A stretch of 64,000 nt of DNA from Eledone cirrhosa (taxonomy: Eukaryota), in NCBI GenBank assembly GCA_964016885.1, contig OZ024741.1:390910001-390974000 (forward strand), in the 5' to 3' direction. Position 1 is the stretch's first letter, and each line of letters opens with the position of its first letter. The position numbers and the translations under genes were made by a program. The notes below the pieces were generated by a model, which was given only the letters and a program-made list of their open reading frames with translations, had not been told where the DNA came from and made no database searches. This document shows positions 1 to 12,372 of the stretch, one piece after another.

Positions 1-1226
1 GCAAAGCACGAAGGCTGCGTTGTCAGAGCTAGGGCGCGTGCTCTCAGAAACGAGGGGACAAAAGCTGTTCGATGGGCCCGAGTGGAGGAGGCGCGTCGTG
101 GTAACAAAGCTACGATCCGGTCTTTGGATGACCACGACGGTTACTCGAACCCGAACAAATGTGTGCGGCTTTTCAGCGACACTTTGTTAAGCTGTTCGGG
201 GGCAGCGGTGGGTCGGATCGCAGGATGGATTTTAGCACCTACCTTGACGGACTGCCGCGGATCTCGGCCACTCAGGCGGAGCGTTGCGAAAGGCCCATAA
301 CAGCCGCTGAAATACGGGAAGCAATGACTGACTGTACGATGAGTAAATCGCCTTCTTTGGATGGTCTACCCTATGAGCTTTACGTACGCATGCCAGACTG
401 GTTCGGTGACCTTTTGGCGGACGTCTGCTGCAATTGGCAGCAGAACCGGAAAATTCCAGCTCTGTGAGCCGAGGAGCGGCAGCGCTGCTGAGAAAGGACC
501 CTAACAAGGGGGACAAGATAGATAATTTCAGTTCCATAACTCTGCTAAAGGCAGAGTTCAAGATTTTGGCTAAGGTACTAGCAAAAATGTTGGCGTTTGT
601 CGTCAGTGGTCTGGTGGCAGAGCCGCAGACCTGCGCCATTCCAGACAAATCCATCCACGACAACCTCCACCTATTGTGATACATCGTAGAGAGGGCAGCT
701 AACGGACCTGGCACGGGAGTGGCCTTGATCAATTTAGATCAGTCGAAAGCTTTCGATAGGGTCGACCATCGTTATCTGGCGGCGGTCCTGAGGGTGGCCG
801 GCTTTGGGTCCATCTTCAGAGGCTGGATCGGTGCCATGCACAGCGACATTTGCTCTGTGGTGAGAGTGAACGGTCACCTTTCGGAAACGTTCAACATCAT
901 GCACTCGGTCCGCCAAGAATGTCCCCTCTCGTCCCTTTTGTACGTATTTACTCTCCCGCCATTACTGCACAAAAAGAAGATGTTGAATGGCGTCCCGCGC
1001 GAACTAGGATGCGAGAGAACCGTGTCAGCATATGCCCACGACGTCACCGTAGTGGTGTCGAATGCCAAACACATCGAGACGATCGGCACTACACTAAGAG
1101 AATAGGAGGCGGTGATAAGAGCAAAGATAAACCAAGAAAAGTCGGTAGGCCTTGGCTCGGCATCTGGAGAGGCAGGACCATGCCTTCCAACAGCGTCATT
1201 GGGCACTGGACGGACGGACCGACAAA
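1..1226 (+). mobile_element. Decayed L1/Tx1-clade LINE ORF2 fragment (tether + RT region), frameshifted
   Basis: ORF fragments 159-467, 434-679 and 719-1105 (KSPSLDGLPYELY, DQSKAFDRVDH, SVRQECPLS, AYAHDVT) are colinear with the intact ORF2 at 39797-43216. Confidence 0.92.
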
Positions 1227-1243
1227 AACTGGGACAACAACTG

Positions 1244-2200
1244 GAACGGAGTGGAATGCAAGGAATAGGATCGATGCCTTAAACACGCTTGCCATACCAG
1301 TAATAACTTAGTTTCAATGTCATCAACTGGTCAAGCACAGAGATCCGTAGGCTGGATACGAAAATTAGAAAATTCTTAACCATGAACAGAATGCATCACC
1401 CTAAGGCAGATACAGATAGAATATATCTCCCTAGGAAAGAAGGAGGATGTGGATTAATCCAGTTAGATATTTCTTTGAAAACTGCAACAAGTGGATTATC
1501 TACATATCTAAGGGAAGCACATGATTGGATGATGAAGCTTGTTTTGAAACATGAAAGCATCAAAAGATCATACTCCATTACAAAAGATGCACAAAGATAC
1601 AGTAATGAACTACAAATTTCAGACGTTCCCTTTACTGCTGAAATGAAAAACACAGAAAAAGCAAAGCAGCTAAAAGTAACTACAAAGAAAGAACTGCTAC
1701 AGAAACTGGCTAAGAAATGGCAAGAAAAGCCTCTGTATGGAAATACCCAGAAAGAGCTAACAATCCTGATGTTGACAAAACTTTAACCCATCAGTGGTTG
1801 GCAGCCTCTGGACTGAAATCGGAGACTGAAGGACTGATTATATCAGCACAAGATCAGTGTCTGCCAACAAAAAATTACCAAGCCAACATAATAAAAAAAT
1901 GGATGCAACCCATTATGCCGTGTATGAAAAAAACAACCAGAGACCATTGATCATATAATTTCAATGTGCAGTCCTATAGCTCCAACCGAATACCTAAACA
2001 GGCATGACAGAGCTGCACAATACATACATTGGATAATGTGTAAGCATTTGACCTGCCCCATCAAAAGAATTGGTGGGAGCATCAACCACCTCCCATACTT
2101 GAAAAAGATCACATCTCAATCTTGTGGAACTTTAGCATCCAAACAGACCGAAAAATAGATGCAAATAGACCTGATATGATACTGAAGGACTTTAAAAAGA
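1244..2200 (+). mobile_element. R4/Dong-clade family A fragment (C-terminal thumb/CCHC/RLE region), decayed
   Basis: MNRMHHPKADTDRIYLPRKEGG...SETEGLIISAQDQ...RHDRAAQYIHW, matching DongA copies at 21924-24569 and 48351-49448. Confidence 0.9.
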
Positions 2201-2203
2201 ACA

Positions 2204-2313
2204 TAATTCCCCAATGGGAGGAGACTTCCGAGGGACACTCGTGGTGAAAGCCCATTAAAAAAATCCACTGTGACCCTGACCACCAGGGCAAGTGCCCTCC
2301 CAGTTTTCACCTC
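2204..2313 (-). mobile_element. Isolated Tx1 3'UTR fragment
   Basis: aattccccaatgggaggagacttccgagggac...gaccctgaccaccagggcaagtgccctccc matches the Tx1 3'UTR at 33697-33800 and 39682-39790. Confidence 0.85.
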
Positions 2314-2314
2314 C

Positions 2315-3790
2315 AATTTTCTAATTTTCGTATCCAGCCTACGGATCTTTGTGCTTGACCAGTTGATGACATTGAAACTCTAAGTTACTACTGGTATGGA
2401 AAGCATGTTTATGGCATCGATCCTATTCCTTGCATTCAATTCCGTTCTTAAGATTGCACTTATTCTGCGGTAACATTCCTTCCTTATCCTTTCCCTCATC
2501 GTCGAGTGCTTGATTCCGTCTCCCTCACAAACACCTAGATATTTGTAAGTTTCCTCTTGATCAAATTCTCTTATCACATTCCCCCGATCAAGATTAATGT
2601 CTGAACCACTCAGCAGCTTTCCTGTGGTGAACGTGGCTTTGGCGCATTTATCTAGTCCAAACTCCATTTTAATATTATCACTGAACTGCTTCATTGTTGC
2701 TCATAATTTTTTTGCAAATAGCTTCAGGTCATCCATGTGATTAAGGGTTTTGTCATAGACTTCATATCCATGTTTTGTTTCATTGAGCATTTTACTTAAT
2801 GGTATAAGTGCGATGAAGAATAAAAGCGGTGTTAAAGAGTCACCCTGAAAAATTCAACAATTAATATTAACTTCTCCAGCTTCTAGTGATTCTTTTCATT
2901 GTTCCAAATGAGTGTTGTTTTCCAATTTTTCATACCAAATGACAGGAACCTCCTGACAACGGAAGATATAAATGCTTTTTTGTAATCTATCCAAGCAATT
3001 GATATATTTTTGTGTCTATTATGACAATCTTCCAGTATGATTTTGTTAATCAATTTCCATTTGCCGGATTTTCTAAGAGCTTAACGCAGATGTTCAACTG
3101 TTATATTTTCCCATGTTTGTTCCTCAAGGTGAACTGTATCTTTCATCTGTCTACCCATGGAGCATCTATATTATGAACTTTTTCTTCGGCCCAGATCTTT
3201 TCCAAGAATTCTTGCACTTCCTCCTTGGGTGGTATTGATTCAGCAGTTATTGTTGACTTGCCAATTTTTCTGTAGAAGTTTTTGGTTGTTTTCGAACATA
3301 TTATTGTCCTTATAGAATGTAGAGCGTTTCTCAAAGCGCCTTATACGAGAGCTTTGGCCGACACTTTTTGCTTGATTGTTTCTATCATCATGTCTATGTT
3401 GCTTGTTGATTTTATATTGTATTTTCTTTTCAATTTTCTGAGTTTAGTTTGTTTAACATGTTCACCTACTTTGTAGTTTGCTAACATTTCTATATCAGAT
3501 CGGAAAAGGTTTATTTGGCGATTGATGTTCTCTTGCCAAGTAGGTTTTTTGTGGGCATTCCTTTGTTTTTTTTTTATTTTCACTCCCCATAATTGAGTGG
3601 TGACTTTAGCCGATACATAATAGAGATGATTTAGATCAGTAATGTTTAGTTTATTTGTGGTGATAATGTCTTTGAAAGCTATGCGAGTCTGGCGTATAAT
3701 CCTCTGGTTTTGTTTGGAGTTCTGGATCTTAGGGAGGGTGTCTCGTTCCTCCATGTCAGATTCTTTCGTTTTCATCCATTCGATCATAAT
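2315..3790 (-). mobile_element. R4/Dong family A fragment, internally deleted, decayed
   Basis: ORFs 2380-2694 (FSDNIKMEFGLDKCA...YKYLGV), 3143-3334 and 3341-3787 match DongA. Confidence 0.9.
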
Positions 3791-4209
3791 GTGACAAATG
3801 ATAACGGATGGACAAAGCTATTTACAAAATGGAGGTCCGAGAGGAACAAATTTACATTATCAAGGAAGACAGGTTCGAGAGGAGAACAAGTTTATGGACG
3901 TGACATGGATGAGAACGGCACTGGATAGAAATAATTATTATTGGCTTGGAAAACAATTTTCTTTGCAAAGGGCAGATAATGGCCGAGAACGATTATTTGT
4001 TTTTTTTTATCACGACTCTTTATCAATAATTTTGTGAAGTATATCCTTGACAAACGGTAACACATTGAAGATATTTCCACTAACAGCACTTCGTCCACTG
4101 AAGGACGTATATAGATAATGATAGAACCAGTGAACTTAGATACCGTGAGTGTGTTGGCTTACGTAAAAAAATAAAGGGAAAATCTGTGGCTTGTAATTGA
4201 GTGTGCATG

Positions 4210-4319
4210 TCTTCTTCTTCTTCTTCTTCTTCTTCTTCTTCTTCTTCTTCTTCTTCTTCTTCTTCTTCTTCTTCTTCTTCTTCTTCTTCTTCTTCTTCTT
4301 CTTCTTCTTCTTCTTCTTC
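4210..4319. repeat. (TTC)n/(GAA)n microsatellite, probable 3' tail of the adjacent RTE element
   Basis: Pure TTC run directly abutting the RTE 3' end. Confidence 0.95.
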
Positions 4320-4668
4320 CTGAGAGGGTGGTGGGAGCAGAGTCCTCAAACACTCCTTCCAGCGAGTCTTGTAAGAAGCAACCGTCTCCAACTGATCCGG
4401 CTAGATCCTCAAGCAGCGAGACCAGTAAAGCGCATGGATGATAGCCAACCACCTTGCTCGGGTCTACACCTGGATCTCTGTAAAATCTGTTCAACGATTA
4501 TTTCCTGACACATTCTAACCACATGTCCATAGTATCGGAGCTGTGATCTCCTAATTCGGAGATGTATCGGCTCTATTTGGAAGGACTCTCTGATCTCTGT
4601 CGAGTAGCGTTACTCCAAACACCCTTCGGAGGAACCCTATTTCGGTCCCTTGTATTCGCGATCGTATT
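4320..4668 (-). mobile_element. RTE-clade (Expander/Rex3-like) LINE, 3' portion
   Basis: Minus strand reads IRSRIQGTEIGFLRRVFGV...RRSQLRYYGHVVRM, a typical RTE ORF C-terminus, and ends in (GAA)n. Confidence 0.8.
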
Positions 4669-5607
4669 TAAGGGAGATAAAAGAGATTGTTCTAATTACA
4701 GAGGGGCCTCCTTGTTATGTTAAGTCTCCCCGGTTAAATCTATGCTAAGTGTCTGGCAAAGAGATGCAGGGAGATTGTCGAGTCCAAGCTAGCTGATGAA
4801 CAGTGTGGTTTTTTCCCCAGATGCAGCACAGCTGACCAAATATTCACTTTGCGGCAGGTCTTCGAGAAATCGTGGGAGCATTACCAAAATGCATACTCTT
4901 GTTTTGTCGACCTTTAGAATGTATACGACTACGTTCCTCAGGATCTGCTGTGGAAGGTTCTGCAGGAGTATGGGATTGATGGTCAGCTCCTTACTACTCC
5001 GATGTCTCTATACGAATGCCCAAGAATTTGCGTTTGGATAAATGGTGCTAAATCGAAACCATTCAATATGGGAGTCGAACTCCGCCAAGGGTGCACACTG
5101 TCACCTCTCCTGTTCATTATTTACATGAACAGGAATGACATGCGCAGCCGGGTTGGATGTGGCATCAGGACTGGCAGGTGTAAAATCAGTCGGCTGGAAT
5201 TTGCAGACAACATGGTGTTACTTAACTCGACAGAAGGTGATCTCTGACTTATACTTGATTGGTTTGGTGCCGAGTGTTGCATGGCTGAAATGAAAATCAG
5301 TGCTGAGAAAACTGTGACACTCGTCCTCTCAAGGAATCCTGTGCAGTGTACTCTTCATTTAAATGGAGTTCCACTGAAGCAGGTAGATAAGTTCAAGTAT
5401 CTCGGGGCCGTGTTTCCGAGTGATGGAAGGCGGGAGGCTGAATTAATTGCAAGAATTGCAGTAGCTGGTACAGTAATAGACCAGCTTCAGCATTCAATAA
5501 TCAGAAGAAGGGAAGTAGGTGTAAAAGCCAAACTGGTTATCTTCAATTCGGTATTCGTGCCAACCCTTACCTATGCTCATGAATCTTGGGTAATGGCCGA
5601 AAGAATA
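4667..5607 (+). mobile_element. RTE-clade LINE RT domain, inverted relative to its own 3' portion, decayed
   Basis: KGDKRDCSNYRG, EQCGF, DQIFTLRQ, GVELRQGCTLSPLLF, FADNMVLL, FKYLG, PTLTYAHESWVMAERI. Confidence 0.88.
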
Positions 5608-5609
5608 TA

Positions 5610-6494
5610 TAGGGTGGCCCAAAAGTACACAGGGTGGTCGCAACTGCTTATCATTTTTTTATTTTATATTTTTCCTTTCTTTTCAAGAATTATATGAACT
5701 AGACCGGGGAAATTAATTTTACCCAAAATTTAATGATGACTGATGAAGCCCACTTTCATTTGAATGGGTTCATCAACAAACAAAATTGCCGCTTTAGGGG
5801 TTCTGAGAACCCGAGATCAGTACACCAACGAGAGCTGCACCCTGTAAAGTATACGGTATGGTGTGGATTGACAGCGGATGGTATAATCGGTTCTTATTTC
5901 TTTGAGGACGATTACGGGAATGTTGTCACTGTGACTGGAGAACGGTACAGGTCCATGATTGAGAACTTTTTGCGCCCAGCCATTCAAAATAGGCCTGATA
6001 CGTGGTTCCAGCAGGATGGGGCAACTGCTAATACTGCAAGAGAGGCAATGCAGTTGCTACGGCAGGGCTTTGGAGAGAGAATAATCTCCCGTTACGGCAA
6101 TGTCAACTGGCCATCACGTTCCCCAGACTTGACTAGACCTGACTTCTTTTTGTGGGGATATCTGAAGGAGAGGGTTTATGTCAATAAACCGGAGACTCTG
6201 GCGCAACTGAAGGAGAACATCATCAATAGAGAAATCAGGGAAGTGGTACCTGAAACCCTTGCAGCTGTTATGGAGCACGTTATGGAAAGAGCACGGTTGT
6301 GCGAAGCCGAAAATAGTCGCCATTTGAAGGATGTAATTTTTCATAAGTAATGTAGAGGTGTGACAAGGATTGATGAGTGTAAAATAATTTCCATTATGTT
6401 CTTCATATGTTGTATCAACATTTCATACATCAATCTGTACAATTCAGGAAGTTAATAAAAACTAAAACTCCTGTGTGACCTTTGGGCCACCCCG
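5610..6494 (+). mobile_element. Tc1/mariner-superfamily DNA transposon (DD41D rosa/Visitor-like), internally deleted
   Basis: Imperfect TIRs tagggtggcccaaaagtacacagg / cctgtgtgacctttgggccaccccg flanked by TA; the element carries only the catalytic half of the transposase. Confidence 0.88.
5733..6350 (+). pseudogene. Mariner-like transposase catalytic domain (N-terminal HTH missing)
   Basis: TDEAHF...WFQQDGAT...WPSRSPDLTRPDFFLWG; 41 residues counted between the 2nd and 3rd Asp. Confidence 0.85.
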
Positions 6495-6512
6495 TATATA
6501 TAAATATATACG

Positions 6513-6629
6513 TTGTTATTGTGTTGTTGTTGTTGTTTTATTGTAATTGTGGCGTTACTGTTGTTATTGTTGGGATATAATTATTGTTGTTGTTTGTTGA
6601 GTTGTTGTTGTGTTGTTGTTGTTGTGTTG

Positions 6630-6662
<33 letters not shown>

Positions 6663-7457
6663 GTTGTTGTGTCGTTGTTGTGTTGTTGTGTTGTTGTTGT
6701 TGTGTTGTTGTTGGGGTGTTGTTGTTGTGTTGTTGTTGTGTTGTTGTTGTTGGGTTGTTGTTGGGTTGTTGTTGTGTTGTTGTTGTGTTGTTGTTGTTAT
6801 TGTTGGGTGTTGTTGTGTTGTTGTTGTTGTGTTGTTGTTGTTGTGTTGTTGTTGTTGTGTTGTTGTTGTGTTGTTGTTTTGCTGTTGTTGTTGTTGTTGT
6901 TGTTGTTGTGTTGTTGTTGTGTTGTTGTGTTGTTGTTGTGTTGTTGTTGTTGGGTTGTTGTTGTGTTGTTGTTGTTGTTGGGGTGTTGTTGCGTTGTTGT
7001 GTTGTTGTTGTTGTGTTTTTGTTGTGTTGTTGTTGGGTTGTTGTTGTGGTGTTGTTGTGTTGTTTTTGTGTCGTCGTTGTTGTTGTGTTGTTGTTGTTGT
7101 TGTTGTTGTTGTGTTGTTGTTGTTGTGTTGTTGTCGTTGTTGTGTTGTTGTTGTTGTTGGGTTGTTGTTGTTAGGTTGTTGTTGGGTTGTTGTTGTTGTT
7201 GGGTTGTTGTTGTTGGGTTGTTGTTGTGTTGTTGTGTTGTTGTTGCTGTGTTGTTGTTGTTGTGTTGTTGTTGTTGTTGGGGTGTTGTTGTTGTGTTGTT
7301 GTTGTTGTTGTTGTTGTGTCGTTGTTGTTGTTGTGTTGTTGTTGTTGTTGGAGTGTTGTTGTCGTTGTTGTGTTGTTGTTGTTGTTGGGGTGTTGTCGTT
7401 GTGTTGTTGTTGTGTTGTTGCTGGGGTGTTGCTTTTGTTGTTTGTGTTGTTGTTGTT
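6513..7457. repeat. Imperfect (GTT)n/(GT) low-complexity tract, about 0.95 kb
   Basis: Nearly all G/T on the + strand; explains the poly-C/V/L ORFs. Confidence 0.95.
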
Positions 7458-8569
7458 TTAGAGCTGTTTTTGTGGATGTTTGTTATCGTGAAATTAAGCG
7501 AGTTTCAGAGAACGTTGTACATAGAGGATTAATTTGTGGAATTTAGTTTCCTCTTGCAGATGTCAGTGAAAATTATAGTTATATAAGGCTTAGTGCAAAT
7601 CAAAAAAAAAAAAACGGCACAAACATATGTATGCATTCAGGCGCTCTCTTTCCATGTTAGACTATAATATAATGAAGGACACATTGTTAAATACAATGTA
7701 GTTCTCAATACATAAAAGACGGCAAATGAGGCAGCTGACCATTGGATCGCTTTTTGCCATAAGTCTTTTGGCCATCATTCAAACTTGTTATCGTTTAAAC
7801 GAAGGTTAAACAAATAACAAATTGAAGATGTTGGGTGTGTTTTGAGACTTATTTGGCTGTTATTACTAACAGTTCGAGTGACTAGAAATGTCCAAAATAG
7901 TAATAAGCTACAATAGAATGTTATACTTCTCGTAGAGAAAGAAATCGCACCTTCTGGAATCATTGCTGTAGATAGAAGAATGTTCTGTAACGAATCACTG
8001 TAACGATCTTATAAATTCTTTTAGAACCCAGATATATTTTGTACAGTCTACCAGTAGATGCAATAACAACCCATAGTATCTATTGATGCACTATTTGATA
8101 AGTGCCCTGGTAACGGATATTGAGGCAATGCTGACAACAGAATACAAACTGTTGATCAGTTGTCTGCTAGTCCAAGGCCAGGATTAATTCATACAGTCTG
8201 ACACCAACATTTAATTGTTTTTTTTACTGTCATGTTGGATTTGTATTTCATCCTAATTATCAACTAATTATGATAATTTAATACCCAATAATATCTATTA
8301 GATGACTGGCATATGGACTACGGCAACAACAAGGTAGTAAAAGATAGGGGTAATAGGGAAAGGGGAAGAGGGAAAGATTGGTAGAGACAGAGAAGGGGAG
8401 GGACAGAGAGCGAAAGAAAAAAAAAAACAATATGAGAAAAATAACAAAAAGAAAGAATATTAAATTCAGTCGGTAATCTGTTGATCTATTTCTAGCATGG
8501 ACTCTCCTACTTAATCAAACCGTAATCGGATAGAACAAGATTTTCTTGATTCCCAGTTCCGAGTGATGG

Positions 8570-8960
8570 AATAGTTTTGTCTGTCGAGTTAAAGGTGTAC
8601 ACTAACTATAAACACTATTATACTGCATGGCGGTAATATTAAGGGTAAAGGGAAAGAAACGTCAGAATGGATTTTCATAACAAATATGAATGCCCATAAT
8701 AAATATTTTCACTCGCCCTTGATGAATTGGATACCAACCTTTACAAGAAATTCTTATAGAAAACACAGAAAAGGTGGCGCAATTAAAGAAAATAGTTATA
8801 TTTTTGGTGAGTTCATTAATATAGTGGATCATAGAAAGCAGCATAGAGGTTTTCATTTTCATACAATGTATATATAGGGTAGGTCAGACTGTGGAATTAA
8901 TCTCATCAAGCTATATCCACATAGGATATTTGTAAATGTCATTGGCATGGCATGGTACCA
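8570..8960 (+). mobile_element. Possible ancient hAT (Charlie-like) transposase remnant
   Basis: Frameshifted KYF-SLALDELDT near 8700 resembles the hAT FSLALDES.D first catalytic motif; otherwise very decayed. Confidence 0.25.
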
Positions 8961-9134
8961 TAACTCATAAGAGAGTCGTAGGGGTGCCGAATTGACATAC
9001 GTCATTTCTAGGACATTTTAAAACCTGGTGGAGCCCATTTCCTCTCCAGGTCTGAATACAATGGATTTGTTCCAGAGAAGGATAGATAGCGAGAGAATAG
9101 ACGTGTGAAAAAGATATAGAGGAAGAATCAACCT

Positions 9135-9282
9135 AGTACTAGCTTGGTATCTTTTTTATCGACCTCAAATGGATGAAAGTCAAAGTTGACTGCGACTGGA
9201 TTTGAACTTAGACAGTAGAGAGCCGAAACGCCGCAAAGCACTCTGTCCTATGCTCTAACTACTTTGCTAATTCGCTGTCGTA
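9135..9282 (-). mobile_element. tRNA-derived SINE, decayed
   Basis: tttatcgacc...ggatgaaagtcaaagttgac...ggatttgaact matches the SINEs at 25910-26100 and 49606-49788. Confidence 0.75.
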
Positions 9283-9295
9283 AATGTCATAGAGG

Positions 9296-9412
9296 AGTGG
9301 TAAATTGGCAGAATCGTTAAAACATGAAGTAGAAGTCTTACGGCATTTGTTCACTGAGTTCAATTTTGCTTTTTATCCATTCAGGGTCGATAAATAAAGT
9401 ATTGACCAAGGT
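9296..9412 (+). mobile_element. tRNA-derived SINE, decayed, head-to-head with the previous copy
   Basis: ggtaaattggcagaatcgtta...gagttcaa...tttgctttttatccattcagggtcgataaataaagt, same family as 25910-26100. Confidence 0.7.
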
Positions 9413-9924
9413 ACTAGATTGACAGGATCCTTAGAACGTTGGAAGTTCCATATCTTTGCGTTCTGACAGCAATGCTTGCGATGACATCCCTTGGACAACA
9501 TTTGTAGCGTGGAGAAGGAGACTGGCATATCTGGGCAACTGATAATCTTCTATAAAAAAAATAAAAAAAAAAATAAAGATTTGTGCATTGACGAGGACTT
9601 TCTAGGTGCCGATCCATGGTATGTCGAGACATATTTAGACCCCCGATAGTCAGAGAAAGAAAGGCAGTGTCCATGATTCTTTTCAAGGCCTCCAACACTG
9701 TTGGGAGAAGGAATGAAAATCTTTAGACCGGAGACCTGGCCTGAATGCTTGCAACAGAATGAACTCTGCTAAAAGCACCCAAAGACATAGTGGTGGTGGT
9801 GAGATTATCAATGAAAGCCTTTCATATTCTGGAATCAACAAAATTACTTTCAGTGTGGAATAGGATAAACATCTGTCTGTTTCAACGATAAATGTTCCAG
9901 TTGTTTGATCAACAAAGCAGCCCA

Positions 9925-10210
9925 CGCAAGAAATTAATGTGTAAGTGACAGAGAATTCTACAGACATGCGTACCCTTAATGTGATTCTCAAGAAGATTCA
10001 TTGTGACATAGTGTGTGACAAGGCTGACACATTGAATTACTGGTACATTCCATACGACGGGCTTCCAAACAGTTTTCATCTACTTAATTTCACTCACACT
10101 TACAAGGCATAGGTTGACCCGATGTTATGATAAATTACACTTGCCCACGCAGTGGTGCCGAACCTGGGACTTAATGATTGAAAAGCGAACTTCTTAACTA
10201 TTCCGTCATG
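9925..10210. mobile_element. Decayed SINE-like interspersed repeat fragments of other families
   Basis: cagacatgcgtacccttaatgtgattctc...gtgtgacaaggctg and cgacgggcttcc...tttcactcaca...cacttgccca resemble cephalopod SINE bodies (recognition only). Confidence 0.45.
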
Positions 10211-10272
10211 TTACTTCTACACTATTGATCTTTGTTTATATCCTATCACTTGTGTCAATATTTCATACTACT

Positions 10273-10425
10273 GGCAGTGGATTGGCGGGCTCTTTAGAGC
10301 GTCGGTCAAAATGAAGGACAACCGTCTTTCGTTCTTCATAAGATAAAGTTCCAATCAAGTATTGGAGTCAGCCCCCTCCCCCATAAACTATTGACCTTGT
10401 GCCTGAAATGCAAACTATTATTATC
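10273..10425 (+). mobile_element. SINE copy, decayed, ending in a short (ATT)n
   Basis: 3' end gaccttgtgcctgaaatgcaaactattattat matches the SINE tail ggccttgtgcctaaagtagaaacaattattatt. Confidence 0.6.
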
Positions 10426-10427
10426 AT

Positions 10428-10580
10428 TTGGGCTTTCTCCACAATTGACCCTCGGCTGTTACCCTCCCTATGGGGAATTTGTTTTGTGTGATTTTTTAAA
10501 TGTTTATTTTTTAAAAGTTTTTGTTACAGGCTTCTGACACATCGTACCGTCCTGTACCGTCTTTAATGTTTTCTTCTTAT
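10428..10580 (+). mobile_element. Tx1 3'UTR fragment
   Basis: gggctttctccac...gaccctcgg...cctatggggaattt...gtaccgtcctgtaccgtc. Confidence 0.75.
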
Positions 10581-10594
10581 CGCGTGTTGTTTTC

Positions 10595-11176
10595 TGTCGC
10601 GTCTTGGACGGATCCGACTATTAGCTGAGTCCATCGTGAAAATTGCCCCACCGCCTTCCTTTAGCCAGGTAGAGCATGGTAAAAGAGGTTGTATGGGGGA
10701 CGCGTCTGAAAGGGTTGAATACGGGCACTTTCCTCTTCGGTGACGCCTTCATTAACCTTTTCAGGTTTCACCTAAAAATGAAAATCAGGGTGGAGAGGGA
10801 AGTGCTGCTTTCCAGCCAGTTTGTTGAAAGGTGGGTGAGAGAGGCAAGAATAGCACGTATGAATGGGCCTGCTCTAAGCATGTGCCTGTAGCATTGTAGG
10901 AGGAAAACTGAAAGAGGGCGCTTGCCCTAGCTGTCAGGGTGACCGTGGCTCTTTTGTGGGCTTTCTCCACGAGTGACCCTCGGAATTTTTCCTTGTTTCA
11001 TTTTTTTTGCTTATACCTTTGTTTTTGTTTTTATATATATATATATAACTTTGTTTTTTTTTACACGCAGAAATGTCCATTTGTACCGTCCTGTGTTGTC
11101 CTTAATCTTATACTTTATGTCAACCCTTGTGGTTAATAAAGAAAGCATTATTATTATTATTGTTATTATTATTATT
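10595..11176 (+). mobile_element. 5'-truncated Tx1 (ORF2 C-terminus + 3'UTR + AATAAA + (ATT)n tail)
   Basis: ORF 10676-10891 matches the ORF2 C-terminus; ends aataaagaaagc(att)n. Confidence 0.9.
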
Positions 11177-12348
11177 TGAGTCTCAGTCATTGATGTTATT
11201 TAAATGGAAGGCTTGTTGAAATGAATATCAAGCCGCTACCGCAACCTCAGATATTCAGGACGTATCGGAGGGTTCTTGCTGTTACCAGCAAGCATACCTT
11301 TTGAAGTGTTCCAAAAAGCGGGGCTGGACTAATCTTCTTTAACCATCCTTGGAAACTCTTTGAGATAGTACCTAGTGCGCCTATGACAATCGGACGACTC
11401 TGATTTCATGGAAGTTCCAAATCCTTTTAAACTCCCACTTTAAGTCCTGGTACCGGTTAATTTTCTCCCTCTCCTTTTCTTGCACTCTCGTGTCAAATGG
11501 GCAGGCTACATCTACAATCTGGCACGATCTTTTTTCCTTGTCCAAAACCACCAGGTCAGGCCTATTGTGTTCCAGTTTCTTGTCCGTCTGTATCCTAAAA
11601 TCCCACAGCACCTTGACCTGATCGTTTTCTATCACCGACTCTGGCTTATGCTCATACCACTTCTCAGAATGTGGTAAATTATTTACTTTGCATAGATGCC
11701 AGTGGATCACCCTTCCTATAACATCATGTCTCCAGCCTTTATAGTGAGGCTGGGCTAGGTGTTTACACTCGGATACAATGTGAGCCACAGTCTCCTCTCT
11801 CTCTCTCCACAGATCTTACACAGTGAGCTAGCCACCTCCTTGTCAATATGGTGTTTCACCCACTTCGTTCTGAGGGCTTGCTCTTGCGCAGCCATTATCA
11901 TTCCTTCTGTAACTTTTTTAAGGTCTCCTCTTTTTAACCAGTTCCATGTCTGTGGATCTCTAAATTCAGTTTTCTTAAAGAAGGTACTATGAAAGGATTT
12001 TTCATGAAGGTTGCTCTTCCTCCTTGTTGTTATTTCCTCCTTGGACATCCCGTATCTATTGTCTTCTCCTTCAGTACAGTTTTTAGCATTGGCTTCCTAC
12101 TGTCAGTCACATATTTGTGCAGGTTGTTTTTCTCCATCTGAACACAGTCCTCTATGCTGATAAGACCTCTTCCACCTTAAGTAGAGTCTATCGACATCAC
12201 TCCTCTTGTGGAACATGTTGTAGATAGTCAATAGCTTCCTAGTCTTCCTATCCATTTCTTTTTGTTCAGCAACATTCCATCTCAGAATTCCCGCACTGTA
12301 CTTAATAATAGACACAGCTCGGGAATTCACTGCACTTATGACATTCCT
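11177..12348 (-). mobile_element. 5'-truncated R4/Dong family B copy, decayed
   Basis: ORFs 11381-11788 (HIVSEC...RPDLVVLD...IVDVACP) and 11755-12048 match 16933-20325; (ATT)n on both flanks. Confidence 0.92.
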
Positions 12349-12372
12349 ATTATTATTATTATTATTATTATT

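Noticed and set aside
4080-4508. Poly-Glu/Arg/Phe ORFs
   Set aside because: Translations of (TTC)n
6513-7546. Long Cys/Val/Leu-rich ORFs as proteins
   Set aside because: Translations of a GTT microsatellite
7460-9130. Host gene exons in the non-repetitive stretch (also 26370-26880, 54540-55370)
   Set aside because: Only short ORFs without recognisable domains; small exons cannot be excluded without transcript data
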